Below, piece after piece: positions 1-6,933 of a DNA stretch of 41,290 nt (within the stretch, counting starts at the first letter, position 1; every line of letters begins with the position of its first letter). The stretch spans positions 1 to 41,290 of the IMG/VR virus record IMGVR_UViG_3300020045_007920; one strand, written 5' to 3'. The DNA is from a virus (Duplodnaviria > Caudoviricetes). The notes beneath the pieces are model-generated. The model was not told where the DNA came from. It ran no database searches and saw only the letters and a program-made list of their open reading frames with translations. The position numbers and the translations under genes were made by a program.

Positions 1-121
1 AGCAAAACAGGGGAATAAGATTGATATAGCCGTCTGAATACTCACAGCGTCATTATCCTCTAACTGTCTCCACACGTTTGTCGTGGTAGGCTTTATTTCA
101 AAAACATTCTTGAACGTGTCA
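1..121. repeat. Terminal direct repeat, left copy (circular overlap)
   Basis: Bases 1-121 are identical to 41170-41290. The primase/VapE reading frame runs through the junction without a break (...ILFPCFA|KVGKEM...). Confidence 0.97.
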
Positions 122-1146
122 TAGCGAAACCTGTTAGTGAAGTTCATGTGGTCCCGTAACACACGACAGATGTTCTCTGTGTTCTGCACAATTGTCTTTT
201 CCCCTTTGGTATTGAAGCCTACCAGTAGGTTAAGTTCAGGATTTTCTTTTTTGACTTTCATCTCTGCGGTCTCATAGACTTTGGTACACTTAGCTATAGC
301 TCCTTTGATAGTCCTGTCTCGGTAATCTTTCCTGCTTTGCACCTTCTCCCTCTGTCCTAATGGGGATGATAACCACAAGCGTGCCATCTGCGTGGCGTTC
401 TTGCCTGTCCAGAACGCTAGATGTAGGCACAGTGCCATGTCGGCTGATGACTCGTCACCTTTGTAAGCGGACGTATCGCCATTGTACAAGGCTTTGGTCT
501 TGGCACTCTTAGACATCTTCACGATGATCTCCTCGTCTGATAGGTTGTCGTTGCCTGTGTTTGCTTGCACAGGGGGGTGCTGTGGTGCCTCTGGCGGTGT
601 CTGTTTGTCCCACGGATAGCCTATGATAGCGAGTAGGGCTTGTGCTTGCTCTGGGGTGATTGTACGCACCTCGTGGTCACGATACGGCTCGTTGGTCACA
701 GTGAGGTAGCGGAGATCGTTATACAGCTCATAGGGTGCTTTCTTGTGGGCAAGGAGAGTGATAGGGGTAGGCATGTCAAAGAATAGGTGCAAACCTGTTT
801 TGCTTGGGGAGATTTCGGTGTAGGTGTGGGCTTCTTTGATGAATAAGGTGATGATGTCTTTCTTTTCGTGGACGATTTCACCGTTCTCTAGGCAATGATC
901 TATGTCCACACCTAGAAGGGTTTTAGTGTCGGGGAAGAAAAGTCCTAGTCCTGAGAAATTATTAGAGCCGTTATCGAGGGCTTGAGCAACTTCATCATAA
1001 GTTCTCCACGTTTTTGGATCGTTGGAGGCTGAGCGTTTTGTTTTGGTTAGGTAAGGTACTTTTGTTTTCTTACCTTTCACAAGTTCGTACCGCCAGTTAG
1101 TCCACTGCTTCGATTGTCCGAACTTTTGTACGAGTTTAGTTGACAT
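1..1146 (-). CDS. N-terminal part of an NrS-1-like primase-polymerase fused to a VapE-type helicase; continues across the contig end to 40144 (723 aa in total)
   Basis: Not in the ORF track. Manual translation from ATG 1146 gives MSTKLVQKFGQSKQWTNWRYELVKGKKTKVPY...SNDPKTW...LLGVDIDHCL...YTEISPSKTGLHLFF (AEP DxD and SxSxxGxH motifs), then a helix-bundle segment DESSADMALCLHLAFWTGKNATQMARLW. 1146+1026 nt = 724 codons, in frame. Confidence 0.88.
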   Translation of the reverse strand, partial: MSTKLVQKFGQSKQWTNWRYELVKGKKTKVPYLTKTKRSASNDPKTWRTYDEVAQALDNGSNNFSGLGLFFPDTKTLLGVDIDHCLENGEIVHEKKDIITLFIKEAHTYTEISPSKTGLHLFFDMPTPITLLAHKKAPYELYNDLRYLTVTNEPYRDHEVRTITPEQAQALLAIIGYPWDKQTPPEAPQHPPVQANTGNDNLSDEEIIVKMSKSAKTKALYNGDTSAYKGDESSADMALCLHLAFWTGKNATQMARLWLSSPLGQREKVQSRKDYRDRTIKGAIAKCTKVYETAEMKVKKENPELNLLVGFNTKGEKTIVQNTENICRVLRDHMNFTNRFRYDTFKNVFEIKPTTTNVWRQLEDNDAVSIQTAISILFPCFA

Positions 1147-1252
1147 GTTTTATTTTTGTTTGCAAGCAAAAAATACCACAGAAAGAATCGGCAGAAACTA
1201 TCTGTGGTATTTCTTGACTACAAAATATTAAACTACGTTGCCGATTTTTCAT
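1136..1252 (-). CDS. Putative 38-aa leader ORF overlapping the primase start
   Basis: ATG 1252 lies 8 nt after TATACT (1266-1261). Translation MKNRQRSLIFCSQEIPQIVSADSFCGIFCLQTKIKHVN*; the stop at 1136-1138 overlaps the first primase codons. Confidence 0.35.
   Translation of the reverse strand: MKNRQRSLIFCSQEIPQIVSADSFCGIFCLQTKIKHVN
1171..1212 (-). promoter_or_regulatory. 12-bp perfect hairpin (terminator/attenuator-like) in the primase leader
   Basis: AAATACCACAGA (1171-1182) pairs with TCTGTGGTATTT (1201-1212) around an 18-nt loop; ends in a U6 run on the minus strand. Confidence 0.6.
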
Positions 1253-1355
1253 GTAGTGAAAGTATACACCTATATGAAAAATGTGGAAAGTGGATAACTG
1301 TTACAGCAAACTACGACTTGCTCGCCAGAACGCAGACTATCATATGTGTTGTTAG

Positions 1356-1559
1356 TTAGAACGGTATGTCACATGCGCATAGCTCGGTAGAGAACTTGAA
1401 GCCGTGTTCTGTACAGTAGCTACCTAGGCTGGTGATCTCTGTGAATAGGTCTGTGATAGCCTTGGTGCGAGTATTAGAGAACACCTGATAGTATTTGCCG
1501 TTTATCTTGGTGCGTGCCATGTACCAGTCATGACGGTTATATATGGGGGTGATGTACAT
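1356..1559 (-). CDS. Small hypothetical phage protein
   Basis: 67 aa, tightly packed in the minus-strand small-gene cluster. Confidence 0.65.
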   Translation of the reverse strand: MYITPIYNRHDWYMARTKINGKYYQVFSNTRTKAITDLFTEITSLGSYCTEHGFKFSTELCACDIPF

Positions 1560-1561
1560 GT

Positions 1562-1855
1562 TTATAATCCTGTTACGCTAATAATGTGGTCGTAGTGACG
1601 GTCAAAGATTTGTTGGGCCGTATTCCCGTAGTGAGTTTCCTCTGTAGAGTGATTGCAACTATTGATACGTCCTGAGCAATCTGCGCTGATATTGAGCTTT
1701 TTACAGTCTCTAACTGTGCGCTTATGAGCAAGCTCGCACACGTCTGCCATGTCTTTGCATGCTTTTACACTTTCGTTATCTTGCCGTACGTTGCACCCTT
1801 CATACTCACAATAATATGTGCCTGCGCTTAATACTGGTGATAGTTTGTTAGTCAT
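1562..1855 (-). CDS. Small Cys-rich hypothetical protein
   Basis: 97 aa, 1-2 nt from its neighbours. Confidence 0.65.
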   Translation of the reverse strand: MTNKLSPVLSAGTYYCEYEGCNVRQDNESVKACKDMADVCELAHKRTVRDCKKLNISADCSGRINSCNHSTEETHYGNTAQQIFDRHYDHIISVTGL

Positions 1856-1856
1856 G

Positions 1857-2030
1857 TTATTTGATTGTTGTTAGTGCGCTTTGTAATGCGTTTATGTAGC
1901 CAATATCGTATGCCATGAGTGGTGACATGTCCTCTATCTCTGTGCTTTCACATTCCATAAAAGATATTTCGTGGTCTTTTTTGAATTGTCGCTTATAGTA
2001 GGTGATGTCCTTTTGGAGTTCTTTGGTCAT
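1857..2030 (-). CDS. Small hypothetical protein (57 aa)
   Basis: Manual translation MTKELQKDITYYKRQFKKDHEISFMECE...; fills the gap between neighbours exactly. Confidence 0.6.
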   Translation of the reverse strand: MTKELQKDITYYKRQFKKDHEISFMECESTEIEDMSPLMAYDIGYINALQSALTTIK

Positions 2031-2035
2031 GTTAG

Positions 2036-2239
2036 TTAATAGTTATGTATGTAATGTGTTGGTGTCTGGTGCTTGTGGAATGTCACAGTTACGAACGCTT
2101 TACCGTCTGTTTCACGGACTAGTGAATACTTGAAACCTCTACCATTTTTTACTGCATATGAGCCACTAGGGTCAATGCCTTGTGCCTTACAGAAGGTTAG
2201 AAGGTCAATGTGAGCTAGATTTTGTAGGATTTGTTTCAT
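2036..2239 (-). CDS. Small hypothetical protein
   Basis: 67 aa, operon packing. Confidence 0.7.
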   Translation of the reverse strand: MKQILQNLAHIDLLTFCKAQGIDPSGSYAVKNGRGFKYSLVRETDGKAFVTVTFHKHQTPTHYIHNY

Positions 2240-2241
2240 GG

Positions 2242-2433
2242 TTATTGTGGGTAATTACCAGTTGATAATATACAATTTTCGTTAATCAGTTCGTCATTTG
2301 TGTCTCTGTCCTCCTCGTACAATCTTGCACAGCCGTTGTCACGCCTCCATTCCATAAAGAGTAGTAATGCCTCTGTTAGGTTCTGTGTCCACTCGTCTAG
2401 GTTGTTCGAAAATATGTGGTATGTCTTGTACAT
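2242..2433 (-). CDS. Small hypothetical protein
   Basis: 63 aa, operon packing. Confidence 0.7.
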   Translation of the reverse strand: MYKTYHIFSNNLDEWTQNLTEALLLFMEWRRDNGCARLYEEDRDTNDELINENCILSTGNYPQ

Positions 2434-2437
2434 ATAT

Positions 2438-2746
2438 TTATTGTGTTAGTAGCTTATAAAGTGATTGTGGTGTTGTAACTATCTCCTGATTGTCGAATGT
2501 CACGGTTTCAATGATAATCACTCGCTCGTTCTTATCATTCAGTGCGTTTATATGAGTAAAGAAGTAAGGTGATGTGAAACTATGGTAGCCTCTCTGTTTG
2601 ATTGTCTTAGCTGTATATTCATTGTTAGCTTTGGTATTTACAGGCTCGACATCTATCGTGGTCAAGGACATTTCTGCGGTTGCCTTTTTCTTGAGCTTGC
2701 CTGATTTTAAGTATTGGCTAGCGTTGTATATGGTTATCTTGGTCAT
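2438..2746 (-). CDS. Hypothetical protein
   Basis: 102 aa, operon packing. Confidence 0.7.
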   Translation of the reverse strand: MTKITIYNASQYLKSGKLKKKATAEMSLTTIDVEPVNTKANNEYTAKTIKQRGYHSFTSPYFFTHINALNDKNERVIIIETVTFDNQEIVTTPQSLYKLLTQ

Positions 2747-2753
2747 ATGTTTG

Positions 2754-3110
2754 TTATTTAGTTTCTGTTAATTTTTCTAGTTTGTCCTCTAACTCTGCTA
2801 TACGTTGTTCCTGTGCATCTATACGATCCTGTAGGCGTTCAAATGAGCGAGCGACGGAAATGGCTATATCATCTGTATTCTTGTATATCATACGCTCGAT
2901 TACTTCTATATCTTTTTTAGTCATATATTTAGTTTCTGTTAATTTTTCGAGTTCTACTGATAAGGCAATGAAATGATTATCAATAGTGTTGCATGTGATT
3001 GGAATAATATCGTAAGTAGTTTTTAATGTGTTGATATCCTTTTGCAATTCTGTGAGAGATTTTTTTAGTGGGGTTAAGTTTTTGTTTGGCATGATGTTGT
3101 TTGTTACCAT
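2754..3110 (-). CDS. Coiled-coil hypothetical protein containing LEKLTETK twice
   Basis: 118-aa ORF with a heptad-rich C-terminus; the true start may be a downstream Met. Confidence 0.65.
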   Translation of the reverse strand: MVTNNIMPNKNLTPLKKSLTELQKDINTLKTTYDIIPITCNTIDNHFIALSVELEKLTETKYMTKKDIEVIERMIYKNTDDIAISVARSFERLQDRIDAQEQRIAELEDKLEKLTETK

Positions 3111-3156
3111 ATCGCCTTGCCATGTACTAACTAGGACACAGCAAGGCGGTAGGGAG

Positions 3157-3300
3157 TTAGGTTGTGATAGTTAATAATAGAGCGAGTGCGAGAGTTGCGA
3201 CGATAGCGAGAATGATAGAGTGTTTGACGAAACGTGAGGCCTCTATTTTTTCTTGGAAAGAACGATAGTCACGTGAATGTAGATGATCTATTGAGGGCAT
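3157..3300 (-). CDS. Small membrane protein (47 aa)
   Basis: ATG 3300 lies downstream of a sigma70-like promoter; C-terminal hydrophobic helix IILAIVATLALALLLTITT. Confidence 0.6.
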   Translation of the reverse strand: MPSIDHLHSRDYRSFQEKIEASRFVKHSIILAIVATLALALLLTITT

Positions 3301-3344
3301 TTTTATTATGCTGTTATTTTTTGATAAATGTTCGACCTGTAGAT

Positions 3345-3373
3345 AGTCTAGCAAGCTGGTTGCTAGAAGTCAA
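3345..3373 (-). promoter_or_regulatory. sigma70-like promoter with a palindromic operator in the spacer
   Basis: TTGACT (3373-3368), 17 nt, TAGACT (3350-3345); palindrome TCTAGCAA-N5-TTGCTAGA at 3347-3367. Confidence 0.65.
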
Positions 3374-3403
3374 GAGGGGAAATAAAGGGGGGGGTGGGGA
3401 TAA

Positions 3404-3571
3404 CTATTTATTAGAAAAAAGTCGAGAATGTTCTTCCCTAACAAGAAATCTAATCACAGAGGATACCGAAACTTCTAGAACTTTTGAATAATAATTCAAA
3501 AGATCGTCAAACTTTTTAACATCTTCACCTGATAAAATTGTTGTAACAACTCTTGGGGCTTGTGTTTGCAT
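3404..3571 (-). CDS. Ribbon-helix-helix (CopG/Arc-like) DNA-binding protein, 55 aa
   Basis: Manual translation MQTQAPRVVTTILSGEDVKKFDDLLNYYSKVLEVSVSSVIRFLVREEHSRLFSNK*: strand-helix-helix pattern with an SxSxVIR helix-B start; has its own promoter. Confidence 0.6.
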   Translation of the reverse strand: MQTQAPRVVTTILSGEDVKKFDDLLNYYSKVLEVSVSSVIRFLVREEHSRLFSNK

Positions 3572-3601
3572 TGTATATATTTTAATTATTTATATAATAT
3601 A

Positions 3602-3629
3602 ATTATAGATAAAGGGAGTTGAAAGTCAA
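3602..3629 (-). promoter_or_regulatory. sigma70-like promoter of the RHH gene
   Basis: TTGACT (3629-3624), 16 nt, TATAAT (3607-3602). Confidence 0.7.
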
Positions 3630-3630
3630 T

Positions 3631-3912
3631 AATTACACTACCTCCCCCCTAAATTACACTACCCCCCCAAAATAGGTAGTGTAGCACAGAGTGGCTTTGT
3701 TTAGCGGTTGTTTGGAAATTGCTCTACCTGCTCTACCTGCTCTACCTATTTTGCTACATGTTGCTATAGAGATTATTTATTTTATAGTAACATGTTACTA
3801 AAATGGTAGTGTGAGGTAGAGCAATTATGGTTTTCACGTTCGTGTTAAGCCACGAAAAGGTGCTCTACCCCCCCCTATTTTAGGTAGAGCAGGTAGAGCA
3901 GGTGATGTAATT
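3631..3912. repeat. Iteron-like direct and inverted repeat array; candidate replication origin
   Basis: TGCTCTACC at 3720, 3729, 3738 and 3861; its reverse complement GGTAGAGCA at 3815, 3883 and 3892; AATTACACTACC at 3631 and 3652; GGTAGTGT at 3675 and 3805; palindrome TAGTAACATGTTACTA at 3785-3800. Non-coding, at the divergent strand switch. Confidence 0.7.
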
Positions 3913-4074
3913 GGTTTTTTACCTTTTTTGAGTGTTTTTTACATTCTAGCAATCAGCTAGCTAGAACTTTTTGGACATATAATATATCCTCTCCGTGTTT
4001 TTCAAACTGTCCTAGCGCATTTTATGAGGTCAAAAATATGTTACACTGTTTTTATTATTAGTAACTATAAAAAT

Positions 4075-4233
4075 ATGAGTAACAAATTTGTGGTGACATT
4101 GATTGTGACAATCTTGTTTTTGTTTTTAGGTGTAGCGATTTATTATGAGAGAAAAAATAACGCTAGCGATCCTGTAGAAGTTCCCATAGCAAGTGAGCCG
4201 TTACCTTTTTATCCGTCTAATGGAAAAGAATAA
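4075..4233 (+). CDS. Small membrane-anchored protein
   Basis: MSNKFVVTLIVTILFLFLGVAIYY N-terminal TM helix; start revised to ATG 4075. Confidence 0.65.
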   Translation: MSNKFVVTLIVTILFLFLGVAIYYERKNNASDPVEVPIASEPLPFYPSNGKE

Positions 4234-4238
4234 AATAT

Positions 4239-4499
4239 ATGAAAAAAATATTTGTAGTGTTAGCAATTTTCTTAGTCGTGTCCGTTCCAGTGTTTGCATA
4301 TGTTGGCGGTGTAGTTGTGTGGACTTTCGATAACCCTGCAATTGGTTATCAAAAAAGTGGGGACGTTGTAACTGATATTAAAGAGATTGAAATAGGGCAG
4401 GTGAAAGTTTATAAGATTATTGACGGCAGTACTGTTTGTTACAATTCTGTGTCTGGCACTGTTAGTGGTCTTATCACTTCTATTAGTTGTGTAAAATAA
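4239..4499 (+). CDS. Small secreted protein (Sec signal peptide)
   Basis: MKKIFVVLAIFLVVSVPVFA signal peptide; two C-terminal Cys. Confidence 0.75.
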   Translation: MKKIFVVLAIFLVVSVPVFAYVGGVVVWTFDNPAIGYQKSGDVVTDIKEIEIGQVKVYKIIDGSTVCYNSVSGTVSGLITSISCVK

Positions 4500-4506
4500 T
4501 AAATAC

Positions 4507-6186
4507 ATGTCAAAAGAAACACGAGTGATTGCTGGTAAAAAAGCGTTGGATATTATTAAAGTGGGTGTCAATTTGATTAACGATGCTGTAAAAGTTACGT
4601 TGGGACCAGAGGCGGGTACTACTTTAATGTATCGTACATATAATCGTGGTCCTAGAAACGTGGATGACGGTTATTACACAGCCGAGGTTATCGAGCCAAA
4701 AAATCCAGCGATAAAATTAGCATCAGACTTTTTCAAAGAGGGTATCAAAAAAACTAATCAGCGAGTGGGTGATGGAACGTCTACAACATCTGTGATTGGT
4801 GGCGCTCTATTCAATGATGTGTACAATCGTATGTATGCCAAATCATCTGGCTGGAGTACTAAGAAGTCAAACGAGGGGACATCACAAGGTAGTCCCATGA
4901 TATTAAAGAGGGAAATATTAGAGGAGGCTAAAAAGGTTAAGGAAATGATTAGAGCAGTCTCAAAACCTGTCAAAACTTTGGCAGACATAGAGAGGATTGC
5001 CATGATTTCGCTTGGAGATAATGAAGAAACGGCTAGGATCGTTGCAAAAATGGTGTGGGAGCTAGGGGTGGACAGTTCTGTGGACGTTGTAGAGGGTTAT
5101 AAAGGCGAGATTGAAACCGAAATGTTAAAAGGTTTTAGATTTCCTGCAAAAGTGTGTGGCAAAGCGTTTGTAAACAAGCCAGAACGCTATGAAATGGTTA
5201 TAGAGGACTGTCCAGTAGTGATAACAGACTATAAGATTGACAACGCTGGACAGATAGGTGTGCTTATTCAGAAGTTGGGTACACCAAAATTGGCTATCAT
5301 AGCTCCAGATTTTTCAGAAGATGTGCTAGTAGCTATGGTACTGTCAAGGAAAAACAATCTTAGTATTTACCCTGTTAAGGTGCCGTCACTCCGTACTGAT
5401 CAGTTCAAAGACTTGTCAATATATGCAGGCGCAAACTTCATCAGCAAGGAATCGGGTAACAAGATTGAAATGATAAGTAGTGTTGACCTAGGCTTTTTTG
5501 ACAAGTTGGTAGTCAAAGATACGGAGGCTAGGGAGGATGCAACTATGACAGGTGGCAAGGGTGAACGTAGTCAAGCTGTTAAAACACGTATTAAGGAGTT
5601 AGAAGGACAGCGTGACACTGAAACTAGAGAAAACTTTAAGAAGCTACTAGAGAGGCGCATAGCGTCTATGGCTTCTGCAGTAGGTGTGATTAGAGTAGGC
5701 TCACCTACTGATGCAGAAACATTGCCACTCAAATTGAAGATTGAGGACGTTGTCTACGCATGTAAGGCCTCTCTACGTGGTGGCTACGTCAAAGGCGGTG
5801 GACTGTGCCTACTTGAAATAGCCAAGGACTTGCCAAAGGATCACATACTGAAAGAGGCACTCATGGCTCCATACAACCAGATACAAGAAAATGCAGGGCG
5901 TACTTTAACTATAGGTAAGGACATTATTGACCCTACGGAGGCGGTCTACTATGCGGTGGAACACGCTACGTCTGTTGTGGCTTCTCTAATCACTGTTAAA
6001 AATCTTATTCCTGAGTATGATGACGTACAGCCGGGTGAGGGTTACCAGATGATTGCTGAACAATTAAAGATTATGGCAATCAGTGACAGAATACACAAAG
6101 GACAGTTACAAGAATCTCAAAGGGAGCAGGAGATGGATGCCATGGGAGGACTTACTGTGGAGGAAAAAATAACTTTGGAGCAGTAA
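4507..6186 (+). CDS. groEL: GroEL-like chaperonin (Cpn60 family)
   Basis: 559 aa with VKVTLGP, VGDGTSTT (GDGTTT variant), LLERRIASMASAVGVIRVG, KLKIED, GGYVKGGG and IIDPT motifs. Confidence 0.93.
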   Translation: MSKETRVIAGKKALDIIKVGVNLINDAVKVTLGPEAGTTLMYRTYNRGPRNVDDGYYTAEVIEPKNPAIKLASDFFKEGIKKTNQRVGDGTSTTSVIGGALFNDVYNRMYAKSSGWSTKKSNEGTSQGSPMILKREILEEAKKVKEMIRAVSKPVKTLADIERIAMISLGDNEETARIVAKMVWELGVDSSVDVVEGYKGEIETEMLKGFRFPAKVCGKAFVNKPERYEMVIEDCPVVITDYKIDNAGQIGVLIQKLGTPKLAIIAPDFSEDVLVAMVLSRKNNLSIYPVKVPSLRTDQFKDLSIYAGANFISKESGNKIEMISSVDLGFFDKLVVKDTEAREDATMTGGKGERSQAVKTRIKELEGQRDTETRENFKKLLERRIASMASAVGVIRVGSPTDAETLPLKLKIEDVVYACKASLRGGYVKGGGLCLLEIAKDLPKDHILKEALMAPYNQIQENAGRTLTIGKDIIDPTEAVYYAVEHATSVVASLITVKNLIPEYDDVQPGEGYQMIAEQLKIMAISDRIHKGQLQESQREQEMDAMGGLTVEEKITLEQ

Positions 6187-6199
6187 TATGTTATAATAC

Positions 6200-6343
6200 A
6201 TGACAGTTATCAAATCTCTTGTCAAAAAAACCCCACACGGATACCCACATCGTGTTCACCGTTCAATGAAAGGACGTAATAAAAAGTACGGCAAGAGTAT
6301 CAAACTGTTAAGGTCTAAAGGTATTATAAAAAATAAAGAGTAA
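6200..6343 (+). CDS. Small basic hypothetical protein (47 aa)
   Basis: MTVIKSLVKKTPHGYPHRVHRSMKGRNKKYGKSIKLLRSKGIIKNKE*; follows TGTTATAAT at 6189. Confidence 0.4.
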   Translation: MTVIKSLVKKTPHGYPHRVHRSMKGRNKKYGKSIKLLRSKGIIKNKE

Positions 6344-6352
6344 TCAACTATC

Positions 6353-6517
6353 ATGCAAGCATCAAGAGCATCAAAAAATCTTATATACTCAGGTGGAGCA
6401 TCAATGGCGAGGTCTTTTGTAAGTGGTCTAAAAAAGGTCAAAGAAATGTATGTTACCAACCATAAAAAGAAACAAGATGCAGTTAATAAATATGGTCGTA
6501 CTGCTATCGGATCTTAA
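6353..6517 (+). CDS. Small hypothetical protein (54 aa)
   Basis: MQASRASKNLIYSGGASMARSFVSGLKKVKEM...; ends 5 nt before terS. Confidence 0.5.
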   Translation: MQASRASKNLIYSGGASMARSFVSGLKKVKEMYVTNHKKKQDAVNKYGRTAIGS

Positions 6518-6522
6518 ACACT

Positions 6523-6933
6523 ATGCCTGCAAAGTCTAGTAAACCAACATTGAAACAACGATTAGCTCTAACTGCTTATCTAAGAAATGGTGGCCATATG
6601 ACTAAGGCTATGGAGGAAGCGGGCTACTCTCCTACCACCGCTAAAAGTCCTGGAACTAAGTTAACTCAAAAACCAGGCTTCATAGCATTGTGTGAAGAAA
6701 TGGGATTGACTGATAGTTTGCTTGTTAAAGCACTTGTCCAAGATATTAAGAAAAAGGCAGGAAATCGTAGAGCGGAATTGGAACTTGGTTTTAAAGTCAA
6801 AGGACACTTGAGGGAGAATGAGCCAGTAGGAAACACTTATAACACATTAAATGTCTTTACCGCAGAACAAACCAAACGAATTGCCGAAGGAGTACTTGAT
6901 GGTAATTCAACAATCGAGACAGAATTTGATTGA
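6523..6933 (+). CDS. terS: Terminase small subunit
   Basis: HTH-like TLKQR...YLRNGGHMTKAMEEAGYSPTTA; directly upstream of, and overlapping, terL. Confidence 0.8.
   Translation: MPAKSSKPTLKQRLALTAYLRNGGHMTKAMEEAGYSPTTAKSPGTKLTQKPGFIALCEEMGLTDSLLVKALVQDIKKKAGNRRAELELGFKVKGHLRENEPVGNTYNTLNVFTAEQTKRIAEGVLDGNSTIETEFD

Noticed and set aside
3720-3900. CRISPR array
   Set aside because: Units are 9 bp, tandem or inverted, with no unique spacers and no cas genes.
4239-4499. GroES co-chaperonin upstream of groEL
   Set aside because: It has a signal peptide and lacks the PLxDRV and mobile-loop motifs.
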